From contig NC_042998.1 of NCBI RefSeq assembly GCF_006345805.1, positions 185,442,001 to 185,506,000 of the forward strand: a stretch of DNA of 64,000 nucleotides, read 5' to 3'. Made by a program: the position numbers and the translations under genes. The notes under the pieces were generated by a model. It had not been told where the DNA came from. It worked only from the letters and a program-made list of their open reading frames with translations, and made no database searches. The stretch comes from Octopus sinensis. Lineage: Eukaryota. This document shows, in pieces, positions 24,861 to 38,267 of this stretch. Numbering within the stretch: position 1 is the first letter of the stretch; every line of letters starts with the position of its first letter.

Positions 24861-27093
24861 AAGTAAAATTAACTCCAGCAAAGATTTAATTCATAATAGT
24901 TAGGTATCAGTGCCAAAGATATATGCGAGTTATATGCCAAGAATATATGTGCATATGCATTTGTAGTAACTGATTCAAGCAGTGACAATGCAAGCCCTGA
25001 GAGAGCGCTTTAGGGTTACTCATGGCAAGCCAACATCTAGAGTACTGGTGCCACAAAACATGCACTCAGTACACTCTATGAAGTGGATCGTGTTAAGAAG
25101 GACACCTAGCTATAGAAACCAGGTAAAACAGGAGACATTGCAGTAAAGCATGGCCTTCCAACCTGTTGAATGCTGTCAAACTGTCCAACATATGCTAGCA
25201 GAGAAAATAGATGTTAAAATAATGATGACGATGATGATGATTTATATATTTTTGTGTAAGCAGTACACATCAATGCATGGTAGTGTATGGCAATATGGTT
25301 AAGTGCTTGTAAACAAATTATATTTCCATTTACATTCAAAACTGTATGCATGTATGTACACATCATCATAGTCATCATTGAACATTCTGGTTCCATTGTC
25401 AACTTTGGCATGGTTTCTACAACTGGATGTCCTTCTTTATGCAAACTAGGCAGGCATAGTGTGTAGAGAGAGTAAGAGATATATGATGGTGAGAAAGGGG
25501 CATATTTTAGAGGATGGGTAGCTTTATACTATTTACATGTAGGTCAAGTAAATAGTATAAGAATGAAGGCTGGATATCAAGGAGGAATAGTTCTGGACAG
25601 TGAAAAAGGAAGCCCTTCCTAATGCTAGCCATTTTTACTGCATGTACTTGATGCTTTTTTGTCTCACTAACACAAGAAGGTCGCCATGCACCTTGAAAGA
25701 CTATGAACCTTAAGAGAGGCAGCTTTAAGCTAGGAGATGAGGGGTTAAATTATAAGGGACCAGAGCAGAATAGATTTTTTGTGGGAAGGGAGCTACATAG
25801 TTACTCCCATTTTAGAAGAGAGGCAATCAGGGTATAGCTGGGATGCATAATGTTTCTACCATCATTATGCAATTATTCCAACATGTTACTGAAATGTGTG
25901 TATGTTCTATAAAGCTTAAAATACCACACTTGGTTTCTGGTAATTTTTTCTATTATTTGGCTTGTACTTCACACTCTAGTCTATCCAGAGTTTGGTATCC
26001 TGTTTTATACACTACACCTGATTTTCTCCCCTCCATACACACACAAGCATGTATCTGACTCATACATTGTTCGCTTTCCAGACATTTGTACATTACTGCA
26101 TATACTTTATACGCACTTTCTGACAAGTTGTGGTGCACCTGAGCACTGTATACAATAATTTCATTATTATTATTTTTATACTATACTGGGTACTGAAAGT
26201 AGCTTGTGGAATCACTATCAAACCCAATTTTGGTTGCATGCCACACTTTACTGGGCCTCTCTTTTCTTGATGGATATGCATAATGGACTTCTTCAGCTTC
26301 TGTTTACCAAATTTTACTTTGAAGGATTGGTCAATCTCAGGCCTCTGGTAGAAGATACTTGCTTAAGATGATTTCTAATGGGATTAAAATCCGAAATATT
26401 TTGGCTGCAAGGCAAACTTCTTAACCACACAGTCATGTCTGCACTCATAGGATCTCTCTCTCTCTCTCTTTGGTTGGAGTACAGAAGTAAACCAATGTGT
26501 GTATGTGTGTGTGTATCTAAGATATATATATATATATATATGTATAAATTAGAAAAAAAAACACCTTTTATCAATTCAAAATCATCAGTATATTATTGTT
26601 ATTTTAATTTTAATATTTCTATTATATGTAATTTTCTAGGTGGTGTAATTTAATTGTTTATTTTGAATTGATAAAAGGTGTTTTTTTTCTAATTTTTATA
26701 AATATATATATATATCATATTGTATGAAATTTGATTTAGCATTTCTAAATTGAATTTTTCCCTGTAAGTTAGGAATAATATCCCCTCAAATAATAATTAT
26801 ATATATATATATAGATATACACACTTTGGTCTACTTCTGTACTCAAACCAACTCTACTAATCATCTGATTTCTCACTGTATTTATTGCAACTTTTATCAA
26901 GTTCTATAAGACAAAGATTAGATGAAAAGCCTAATGGCCATTTGAAAATGAAAGTGAACAAAGCTTAGCAAGTTTTAGAGCAGCTGTTCACATCAGCACT
27001 ATTGACTATCACAAAATATCCTAACCCTAACCCTAAACAGTAACAACAATGTCAGAGATGACAGTGACAAAAACAAATAGATTCAATACCTAC

Positions 27094-27184
27094 CAAAGTC
27101 TTGGAGTAAGGTTGGTACCATCAACATATTCTCCCCACATACATGCTTCACCTCCAATTACCAGTTCTTTCTGTTGAGCAGAAC
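27094..27184 (-). CDS. HEXB: Beta-hexosaminidase exon (91 bp)
   Basis: (G)[29 protein letters not shown](W); AG / GTAGGT. Confidence 0.95.
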
Positions 27185-27358
27185 CTATGCAAATAAATAA
27201 AAATACAAAGTTTAATTAGAGCAGTTAATTGTCATAATGACAGGATCTGTCACTTCATCACACACAGAAGTGTGCTCCCCCCCATACACACAGAGTTCAT
27301 TTCATTAATCTCAGCGTTCTATTTGCCAACTATCTGTTAACATAGTTGTCTGTCTCTG

Positions 27359-27382
27359 TATGTATGTATGTATGTATGTATG

Positions 27383-27413
<31 letters not shown>

Positions 27414-27509
27414 TATGTATGTATGCATGTATGCATGTATGTATATATGTATGTATGTATGTATGTATGCATGCATGTATGTATGTATGTATGTATGCAT
27501 GCATGTATG

Positions 27510-27541
<32 letters not shown>

Positions 27542-27577
27542 CATGTATGTATGTATGTATGTATGCATGCATGTATG

Positions 27578-27609
<32 letters not shown>

Positions 27610-27645
27610 CATGTATGTATGTATGTATGTATGCATGCATGTATG

Positions 27646-27679
<34 letters not shown>

Positions 27680-27720
27680 TGTATGTATGTATGCATGTAT
27701 GCATGCATGCATGCATATGT
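27359..27720. repeat. (TATG)n/(CATG) microsatellite
   Basis: Direct reading; source of many spurious YVCM/HTYI ORFs. Confidence 0.95.
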
Positions 27721-28693
27721 GTGAATGTTTACAAAAAAGCTACATTGAGCTACAGACTGTGATGCTACCGTTTCTGATTGAACTTCAACTGGTGATATTT
27801 GTTGTAATTTTCTATCAACAAATTTTCTACTAGCTTTTGATTGATGTTATTGTAGACAATCCATTTTTCATCACCAGTGATGATTCGTTTCAAAAAAAGG
27901 TTGATTTCATTGTGACTGAGATGCATATTGCAAATATCGATTCATTGTGTTAAGTGACTCTCTTTCAATTTATGTGTAACCCAAATATCGAGCTTCTTAA
28001 CGAGTCCAAGACATTCTATGGCTTTGATTTGATCATCATCAACTTCAGTAGGTCAACCAGAATGCCGGTCATCTTTGAGTGAATAATCTCCACAGCACTC
28101 ACCGCAATGGACAACAACCTTCCTCACCACTGCTGCTAACCTAAAGCCAGTCTTCACTGTCCTCAATGCAACCTCTACAGCACCAACTACACCAGTATTT
28201 GGGGCACTGCAACTACAAGCCAAAGCACCAAACTATCCAAAAGATCTATGTAGATACACATTTCTTTGACTGTATTCTTCTAAAGATAGGCCTTTGCACC
28301 TGAACTATAAAGGTTCTTTTTAAACTTTCTGCATTGTTAGAAGCTTTCTTGATTTCTCAATTCATTCATTTTTCTACTTCTGCATTACAATGCTTCAAGC
28401 AAACTATAACACTCTTAAAACAATATTTTTTTTGTTCATAAAAGAATGGGCCATGTAAGTAGTAAATGTTAAATATTTCAATGAATTAAAGTGGTCCATA
28501 AATCAAGTTCCTTGCTCCTTATTAAGGCACAAATTTCGCAGTCAAATTATGGCATCTACTGCTAAAAGTTTGTCCTGCCAGAAATAGTTGCCAAATCTTC
28601 CTCAAAACACACCTGCCATTTAAAAAAAGAAAGAACACGAGGGCCACAGATGTTGCATGCTTGGTCATATGCCAACTGGATCAAGATAGCAAC

Positions 28694-28965
28694 ATAATAA
28701 TAATAATATAATAAAACATTGTGTACAGTGCTCAGGTGCACTACAATTCATCTAAAGTGTATATATAATCAGGTGTAGTTTTGGCGGATTTCGGAAAGCA
28801 TGAGGGCCTTAAAGGATGCAGTGTCATGGCAGTCAACAACTGACGCAGGCAGTTTATTCCATGCTTCAGCAACTCTGAGCGTGAAAAAATGTTTCCGAAA
28901 GTCATGGGAGCTGAGTTGTTTTCTGACTTTGTAGGCATGTCCACGTGTGTTAGACACATGTAGAT
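28694..28965 (-). mobile_element. CR1-type LINE 3' end fragment
   Basis: NTRGHAYKVRKQLSSHDFRKHFFTLRVAEAWNKLPASVV; (TTA)n tail. Confidence 0.75.
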
Positions 28966-29261
28966 CTACTTGTATTTTCTAATCAAGATCCTTATGTCAC
29001 ATTGAACATATTGTTTGTGTCAGTGTACAACAGACAAATCATTTTAGAAAATAAGAATTGATGTTTAAATTAAAACAGGCTCAACTTCTTTTTCTTTTTA
29101 TTCACAAAGTCTTGTTATTTATTAGGTTGTAAGGTATAATGGAAAAAATAACATAAGAAATAGAGGGATCCTCCCTTCTCTCAAAACTCCAAAAATATGC
29201 ATGCACACACATTCCTAGTTTTTTGAGAAACACTTGTCCTTGCAATAAAACAATGTTTTAT

Positions 29262-29790
29262 TTATTTATTTTTTTTATTTATTTTATCTAGTTTCAGCTC
29301 AGGAGATGTGGCCATGCTGGAGCATCGCCATTTGGTGTTGCTACATGATTTTACTTCACGAATGCTTTTTAGCAATTGCCATTTGGTGCATGAGAGAGTT
29401 CGATGCAGCTGCCCTCATCTGCACCTCCTGCCACGAAGTTGGTTCATCTGGGACACCTGACAAGAAGAGATCCAGTTTCATTTTAAAGACATCTGCATCC
29501 ACCCCATGCAGGTCTCTTAGGTTCTTTGGGAGGATATTGAAGAGCTGTGGGCCTCGGAAGCCCAGGCTATCACAGTATCTTGTCCTACATCTTGATGGCA
29601 AATTTGGAGTCCTTGGCACTATGCAGTAGCGCCCAGTTCTAGCATTTGTGTAACTCTCGATGCCAAAGTTTGGGACAAGTCCTTCTAGGATCTTCCAGAT
29701 GTATATTATGGCATATCTTTCTCGCCTACGCTCTAAGGAATGATAGAAAATCATTCTTTCTGAATCTATAGCTAAATCAGTCATTCATTT
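29262..29790 (-). mobile_element. CR1/L2-group LINE 3' end fragment with intact tail
   Basis: YHSLERRRERYAIIYIWKILEGLVPN...GPQLFNILPKNLR...FKMKLDLFLSGVPDEP...AAASNSL; tail ggcgatgctccagcatggccac...ctgaaac + A-rich repeats. Confidence 0.75.
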
Positions 29791-30419
29791 CCAATCATAG
29801 ATAAAAACTGTCAGTGATCAATTTATGAAAGTAAATCATCATCATCATTTAACTTCCGTTTTCCATCTGGCATGGTTTTTATGGCTGGATGCCCTTCCTG
29901 ATGCCAACCACTTTACAGAGTGTACTAGGTACTTTTATGGCACCAGTATGTGTGCTTTTTACATGGCACCAAATGTAATTAATGATTTCTATCAATGTAG
30001 CAAGATTACACGTTTATTGTTATACATGTTTCTTTATTACCCACAAGGGGCTAAACATAGAGGGGACAAACAAGGACAGACAAAGGGATTAAGTCGATTA
30101 CATCGACCCCAGTGCGAAACTGGTACTTTATTTATCGACCCTGAAAGGATGAAAGGCAAAGTCGACCTGGGCGGAATTTGAACTCAGAATGTAATGAGAG
30201 ATGAAATACCGATAAGCATTTCGCCCGGTGCGCTAACGTTTCTGCCAGCTCGTCGCCTTTATTGTTATATAGCATGGTTGGATCAACTCCAGTTTATAAC
30301 TGGTATTTATTTTATCTATGTCAAGGAAATAAAAGGAAAAGCAAGGTTGAAGCCAAAACAATTTCAACAAAGAATGTTAATAGATGCAATTAAAAACTGG
30401 CGTTAATTTAATTCCTTAC

Positions 30420-30591
30420 CAGAAAAATCTTGAGGATCACAAGTATAATATCGTTGCCAGTCAGATCCATAAGAAATATAGTTAAGATACCAGCATGAGG
30501 AAAGTAGTGCTTGATAACCCAGGCTTGTAACTTTTGCTAATTCGTTCTTGTAGCCACTTTTCCAGACATGTACCACAGTATCATTTTGAAC
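30420..30591 (-). CDS. HEXB: Beta-hexosaminidase exon (172 bp)
   Basis: [57 protein letters not shown](G); AG / GTAAGG. Confidence 0.95.
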
Positions 30592-31385
30592 CTGAATAGA
30601 AATTATTCATGCATCAATGATTAAGATTAGATATTTAAATCAAAGTAAAATGTTTTTATTTTACATAAGATGAAATGAAATTAAATGAAAATAAAGGAGT
30701 TGTTTATCAATCAGGAGCCACTGATTTTTCTTTGCCTGCAAGTTTACAAAATATAGGGTATAGTGTATGAATATCTAATGTTAACAATAATAAAAAGTAT
30801 ACTTATTTGTTTACTACCCACAAGGGGCTAAACATAGAGGGGGCAAACAAGGACAGACAAACGGATTAAGTCGGTTATATCGACCCCAGTGCGTAACTGG
30901 TACTTAATTTATCGACCCCGAAAGGATGAAAGGTAAAGTCAACCTCGGCGGAATTTGAACTCAGAACGTAATGCCAGACGAAATACGGCTATGCTTTTCG
31001 CCCGGTGTGCTAACGATTCTGCCAAAAAGTATAGTGACTGCATGATGATAAGTAGAAACATTGTTATAGATATTCTTTATGCTCATGGTTCAAGCCATGT
31101 AGTTGTACTTGTCTTAGTCAATTTTATTGTTAACATGAACCACTGGTTAGAAGCAGGAAGACATTCAGGCTGCAGGATATTTACTCCAACATTAAGTGAA
31201 TGCATGAGCCAACAAGTGTGCCACTATATGGTTGTTCAAACTGCTAGAAATACTAGCCAATTTTTCCTTAAATCTCACATCATCTTAAAGTTGGAATGTC
31301 TTTGATCATATGCCTGTTTTCAATCAGAACTGAGCAGGGGTTAAACAACATATAGAACTGTATGTATTTTCAGTAAATGTCTTAA

Positions 31386-31797
31386 CTCTTTCATTACTGT
31401 ATTTATTTTATAACAAAGAATTTAGTAAAATTACTTGGTTATCATTCAGCTAGTGTTAGGAACATAAATTGTGACTAAGGTTTGGTGGAAGATTTTAATT
31501 CAAAACTTAAGAAAACAAGACATTTGTACAACAGAGCCAGAGCCGGTTTCAGCCGGGTTGGTAACAAAAGGGTTAACCCTTTAGCATTTAAACCGGCCAT
31601 ATCCGGCCAAAAGTATTCTGCCTGTTTTATGTTCAAACTGGTCAGATCTGGTCTCTCACACCAACCCTACAATATCATTTTAAAAATTAACAGCTACCTC
31701 ATCAAAATCTCATAGCTACAAGATAATGCATGATTAGTTCAAAACAAAGTGGATGAAAAAGCATTAATTTTGGCAGAATAATGCGAACACTAAAAGG
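31386..31797. mobile_element. Two different TTAA-targeting MITEs in tandem (31386-31572 and 31577-31797)
   Basis: TTAA at 31382-85, 31573-76 (shared) and 31798-801; second family begins ccctttagcatttaaaccggcc. Confidence 0.75.
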
Positions 31798-32010
31798 TTA
31801 AACAAGGTAGCATTGAAAATCACAGGTAAAATTGTGAAAATAGTACTTTTTATGACAGTGACATTGAGAAACTGAGGAAGAGATAGATAGATAGATAGAG
31901 AGAGAGAGTGAGAAACAAGTATAGAGGAGAGAAAGAATGAGAGAAAAAGGGAGAAAGAGTTAGAGTTCGTATGTGTACATTTGTATGTGTGTATGAGATG
32001 TCTTCTAAAA

Positions 32011-32748
32011 CAGAGGTCCCCAACCGCTGGGCTATAGACCAGTACTAGTCTGTGGATCATTTGCTACTGGGCAGCAAAGAAATAATGAACCTGTTTAAAA
32101 TTATACAATAGATGAAGTGAATATTGGACTTTAATCTTGAAAGATTTGTTTAAATATGGAATATTCATCTACTCAATACTATCTATCATACCTGTAAGGA
32201 CATTTTATAATTAATGCATATTTTACGTCTATCTTGACAATCTATCAATAACTGTAAGTACATTTTATAATTAATGTATATTTTTATAATTAATGCATGT
32301 TTTATGTCTATCTTGACAATCTATCAATAACTGTAAGTACATTTTATAATTAATGTATATTTTAATAATTAATGCATGTTTTATGTCTATCTTGACAATC
32401 GATCAGATCTGTAAGTACATTTTATAATTAATGTATATTTTTATAATTAATACATATTTTACTTCTACCTTGACAATCTATCATAACTGTAAAGACATTT
32501 TACAATCAATGTAATTTTTAATTATTTGTAATAATTTTCAGCTAATTTTCAAATCCTAACTAATTTTCAGATTTTTAAGGATTTCAGTACATGAGAATCA
32601 AAAGATTATACATTTTTTCTTCTTTAATAAATTGCTCTTATTATCACTCTTATAAATTGCTCTTATTAAATTAAATGCACTACCAGTCTGCAGAAAGATT
32701 GTCCTGCATGAAGCCGGTCTGTGGTATAAAAGAGGTTGGAGAACACTG
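32011..32748. mobile_element. Non-autonomous hAT (Charlie-like) element carrying an AT-rich ~65-70 bp minisatellite (~32160-32500)
   Basis: CAG...CTG termini, TSD ttctaaaa/ttctaaag; repeated unit ...tctatcttgacaatctatcaataactgtaagtacattttataattaatg. Confidence 0.75.
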
Positions 32749-33679
32749 TTCTAAAGTGTTAAAGGATGTCACAAGGGTGTGCATGACCAGTGCTTCTCCC
32801 TTTTTTTCTGGAAGATTTGGCTGATAAGGACTGATAGATTTACTCAGATTTTATTTGCCATATTCACAGTGTTACATCATTGGTATATTAATAGTTAAGT
32901 GTAGCTGTGATACCAGTGCCGGTGGCATGTAAGCGAACCATCCGAACATGGCCGCTGCCAGCGCCACCCAGACGGGCCTCCGTGCCAGTGGCACGTAAAA
33001 AGCACCATCCGATTGTGGCCGTTGCCAGCCTCGCCGGGCCCCCGTGCTGGTGGCACATAAAAAGCACCATCCAATCATGGCCGTTGCCAGCCTCGCCTGG
33101 CCCCCGTACCAGTGGGATGTAAAAAGCACCATCCGACCATGGCCGTTGCCAGCCCCGTCTGGCACGTAAAAAGCACCCACTACACTCACGGAGTGGTTGG
33201 CGTTAGGAAGGGCATCCAGCCGTAGAAACATTGCCAGATCAGACTGGACTTGGTGCAGCCTTCTGGCTTCCCAGACCCCAGTTCAACCATCCAACCCATG
33301 CTAGCATGGAAAGTGGACGCTAAATGATGATGATGATGATGTATTGGACATGGACATGACTTATTACCAGGAAATGAGCCAGTCGTCCCTCAGTTGATCA
33401 ACCCACTATCAACTGATACGATATGAGAACACATATTACATAAAAGAAATGAGGTGGGGTGCTCTGTCTTAAGCATGCAAGCGTTTAGTTGGAAAAGTAT
33501 ATCTCTGATCTGGGAACTACTTCCTCCCTTCATCTACCAGTCACAGAAGTTCTGTAAAAGATCATGAAGTGCTGCCTATCCTCTTCTCTTGAAAGAGAGT
33601 GGGGAGCAGGAGGGAGAAGGGAGGGGAAAAAAGAGGGAAGGAAAGAGAGAGAGGGAGAAAAAGAGGAACTTATACAAAC

Positions 33680-33752
33680 TGTAGCTTTGTTATCAATGAC
33701 TTCTTGCCAGATCATATAGTGTTTATGGTAATATGCAACAATGTCTAATAAT
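33680..33752 (-). CDS. HEXB: Beta-hexosaminidase exon (73 bp)
   Basis: (K)LLDIVAYYHKHYMIWQEVIDNKAT; AG / GTTTGT. Confidence 0.92.
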
Positions 33753-36635
33753 CTGTAATATAAAGATAAAAACATTTGGTCAAGCATGTATAACAGAAAA
33801 CAATAGTGATAAACAACTTACATTACTTATAGAGAAATATGTTTATCTACTGAATGGAAATAATATACAGCTGTACTTATTTAAACATGTATCTATAAAT
33901 ACATGCACACACATATATATGCTTATATCCGTGCTGGTGGCACGTAAAAAGCACCTACTGATTGTGGCCATTGCCAGCCTCCCCTGGCATGTAAAAAGCA
34001 CCCACTACACTCATGGAGTGGTTGGCGTTAGGAAGGGCATCCAGCTGTAGAAACACTGCCAAATCAGATTGGAGCTTGGTGCAGCCTCCTGGCTTCCCAG
34101 ATCCCCGGTCGAACCGTCCAACCCATGCTAGCACTGAAAACGGACGTTAAACGATGATGATGATGATGATGCATTTGTGTTCATATATGTTTATGCCACC
34201 TATAAAAATTGAAGCATATGGGTAAGTATGACAAATATCTATTTTGCAATTCAATTGTTTTGGGGTGGGGTGACTTGTGATACACCTCATAAAATTTTCC
34301 CTCGTGAATAACATCAATTGATTGAAAAATCAATACAGCAAAATGTCTACTTATGATCAGCTATTGTTTGTCAAGTTTCAATCAAAACATTACAAAGCTT
34401 TAACGTTTGATCATTTTTACCTAATCAGAAAACAGGATTTGTACTCATTTGATAAAATGAAAGTAAATATTAGAACACAAGGTTTTAAACAAAATGAAAG
34501 AAATGCATGAGAATTAATACATATAGACAGAGTAAGTGTCAAGACTAAGGTAAATATAGAGAGATATCGACTGATCATGATAAGTAAAGAGTGGGATTTT
34601 TTCCTCAAAATCAAAATCAAATTCGATGACTGGTGTCCATGCTAGCGAGGTGCAAAGAGCACCATATGAGTGTGATCATTGACAGAGCGGATAACCGGCT
34701 TCCGTGCCAGTGGCACTTAAAAGGCACCATTCAGGCGTGATCGTTACCAGCGTCGCATTACTGGCACTTGAGCCTCGTGATAGTAGGATATTATGAGCAC
34801 CATTCGAGAGTGATCATTGCCAGAGCGGCTATCTGGTCTCCGTGCCGGTGGCATGTAAAAGATGCCATTTAAGTGTGATCGTTACCAGCATCGCCTTACT
34901 GGCACCTGTGCCGGTGGCATGTGCAAAAGATTTGAGTGAGGTCGTTGCCAGTGCCGCCTGACTGGCTCCTTGCCAGTGGCACGTAAAAGCACCCACTACA
35001 CTCTTGGAGTGGTTGGCATTAGGAAGGGCATCCAGCTGTAGAAACTCTGCCAGATCAAGATCGAAGCCTGGTGCAGCCATCTGGTTCGCTAGCCCTCAGT
35101 CAAAATCGTCCAACCCATGCTAGCATGGAAAGCAGACGTTAAACGATGATGATGATGACGCTGACACTGTCTTTTGGACATAGATTTCAAAAACTGAATT
35201 CATTTTTCTTGAGGATGCCCTGTATGAGAGCCTTCTGGAGCTAAACACACATACATAACCATATACACTTGCATTTATATAATAGACATAAGTTTTATCA
35301 CATATACTGACCACTATATTGTGAACTATAATAAGAATTTCATGAACCCTATATGCAAACCTCATCACTTAAAGACAAAATATTGAGTCCTTTTACTTTT
35401 ATACTAGTGAAAAAATTAAATTTCAGAAAAGATATATTGGAAGAGGTGATAGTTATGTGAATGTTGTTTGCTCACGTGTGTATGTGTGTGTGTGCGTGTG
35501 CATAATTATCATACCCAGTGTAGGTTATACAGTTTCAAAATGCCTCCAATTTTAGCAATATTTTTAAAAAAAATTACTCTTATACACTTACAACTGCATG
35601 TACTCACTTCACTTAACTCTAATGGACACAGTTTTACTGTATGCCTAGTTCCTGAAAATCATTTCCATCATTGGTCTGTACATGTGTATGTGTTTGTGTG
35701 TATGCGTGTAGTTCTTTTACAGCTGTTACTTAATATTTAAGACTCATTGAATCCATAATTAATGATTTGACACAGATTGGATTGTTTGCATTGTGAATCA
35801 TAATCTTTTTCTGTAGTTTGTTTTTGTTAGTTTGTTTATCTATTACTGTTGTCATTGTTGTGCTTCCTGCTGCTAATTCTGCTGTTGCATCTTCAACAAT
35901 TTTTTATGATGAATTTATTCTTGTATCTGCATTGTGACATCTTCTCAGTTCTGTTTAGGAAACATACTTGTTGCATAATTATATTACATTTTTCTGTGGT
36001 ACATAGTAGGCACATCCTAGAAGCATTATGCAAGGGACAATGCAATCTATTATTGCCAAGTTTGTTATATTCATTTTTATGCTTCCCTCTTTTAAGTCCC
36101 AAATGTGTTTTGATAGAGACACTGCATTTCTTCTATCTATGTTGTGAAATAATAAGTGTAGTGTATATGTAGCCTTGAACAGTCTGCTTATTACTTCACT
36201 GTAATTTTTATTTGTCCTTGCAGTCATATTGCTTTGTAGATTACCTTTTTTAAAGGCAGTTTTCATTTAACATGAATTATTCAAAACACTGCAGAATGTA
36301 TACCAACTATTTTATTCATCTTATTCATCATCATCATATTCTTCAATCATATATAAAAAAAAATCAGACAGAAAACAAATTCAGCATGCTTGACTTCCAT
36401 ACACAACCAACCCCCACAGAACATTGTTCATGTAATCCAAGATCCTCCTGAAGCAGATGATATCCAGAGTGCTGGATTAAAAGATTACTTTAAAATGTTT
36501 TATTAGTAACTTTCTTGCTCTTGCTCTGCACAAGTTGAGCTGACCAAGAATTATTCATTATCAAGAACTAATAATATAAATACATAAAGAACTAAAGTTT
36601 ATAAAACAACATTACGTAACATACAAAGTACTTAC

Positions 36636-36722
36636 TTCTCCATATAGTATTGTTCTAACTTATAATAAGATGTTCCAAATTTCATTTTTTCCATGAATTT
36701 AGTAATATTAGGATTGCTTTTC
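36636..36722 (-). CDS. HEXB: Beta-hexosaminidase exon (87 bp)
   Basis: (W)KSNPNITKFMEKMKFGTSYYKLEQYYME(K); AG / GTAAGT. Confidence 0.95.
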
Positions 36723-37198
36723 CTATAAAAAGATAAAAACAAAGTTCAGAATATATTGTAGTAAAAGACGATTTAGATAGGACCTGTCATCAACTATTAA
36801 CAAACATGTGAGAGCCTTTAACAGCTTTGACAAACAGTCGTCTGTAATATAAATTTATTAATATTCAAAACATTTTGTAAGAAGCATGCTAAGTAGATTC
36901 CAATATTAAATTATCAAAAAAGAAAGCTAATATTGAATGTAAAGGATGTAGTATGATTCATTAGAGAACAAATATTTATGACTTATAATAAATTTCAGTA
37001 AGAGTGTTTTTATTGATCTATTTTCAAATCTTACTGAAAAGATTATATAAGCAAATGAAAAATATATATTGCACAAAGAAAATCACTAAGATACTAACAT
37101 AACGTCTGCTTTGTATGTGTTCTGTATTCTAGTGTGTTAGCTGATTCATTATGATGTAACCAATCATATTTAACTTGCTCCACACTTGTCACCGCATA

Positions 37199-37610
37199 TA
37201 CTCTCTCTTTTTCTCTTTTACTTGTTTCAGTCATTTGACTGCGGCCATGCTGGAGCACCACCTTTAATCGAGCAACTCGACCCCGGGACTTATTCTTTTG
37301 TAAGCCCAGTACTTATTCTATCGGCCTCTTTTGCCGAACCACTAAGTAACGGGGGACATAAACACACCAGCATTGGCTGTCAAGCAATGCTAGGGGACAA
37401 ACACAGACACACAAACACACACATGCATATATATATATATATACATATATACGACGGGCTTCTTTCAGTTTCCGTCAACCAAATCCACTCACAAGGCTTT
37501 GGTCGGCCCGAGGCTATAGTAGAAGACACTTGCCCAAGGTGCCACGCAGTGGGACTGAACCCGGAACCATGTGGTTGGTAGACAAGCTACTTACCACACA
37601 GCCACTCCTG
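37199..37610 (-). mobile_element. SINE family A
   Basis: Reverse-oriented full copy; another at 37874-38267 (-). Confidence 0.9.
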
Positions 37611-37873
37611 CATATGTGAGGATTGGTTGAAAAGTTCACAGGCTGACCAAGATAATCTCATAGAATGTGATCAAACGAGGCTTATTTTTCAACACGGTCC
37701 CCCTTGTAGTCCACACTATTCTTCCGTCAGTGTTGCAGTAGTTGGATCCCATTAGTGAAGAAGCTTTCAACAAAATAGTTATCAACAGCAAATATGATGT
37801 CATCATCACTGCAATACTACTTCCCAGCCAAGTGTCGTTCAATGTTGGGGAATAGATGATTAGCAAGATGGTC

Positions 37874-38267
37874 TCATTTACTTGTTTCAGTCATTTGACT
37901 GTGGCCATGCTGGAGCACCACCTTTTAGTTGAGCAAATCGATCCCAGGACTTATTCTTTGTAAGCCTAGTACTTATTCTATCGGTCTCTTTTGCCGAACC
38001 GCTAAGTTACAGGGACGTAAACACACCAGCATCGGTTGTCAAGCGATGTTGGGGGGGGACAAACACAGACACACACATATACATATGTATGTATATATAT
38101 ACATATATACGACAGGCTTCTTTCAGTTTCCGTCTACCAAATCCACTCACAAGGCTTTGGTCAGCCCAAGGCTATAGTAGAAGACACTTGCCCAAGGTGC
38201 CACGCAGTGGGACAGAACCCGGAACCATGTGGTTTGTAAGCAAGCTACTTACCACACAGCCACTCCT
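37874..38267 (-). mobile_element. SINE family A
   Basis: Reverse-oriented full copy. Confidence 0.9.

Noticed and set aside
26961-26980. Short CCCTAA telomere-like repeats (here at ~27021-27035 and within the MITEs at 8085-8100 and 48095-48110)
   Set aside because: Only 2-3 units, and those at 8 and 48 kb are internal to a MITE; not evidence of an interstitial telomere.
32900-33180. Regularly spaced ~55-60 bp units with a small hairpin (gtgccngtggcac), CRISPR-like at first sight
   Set aside because: The 'spacers' are homologous to each other, the array lies inside a eukaryotic retroposon tail, and there are no cas genes.
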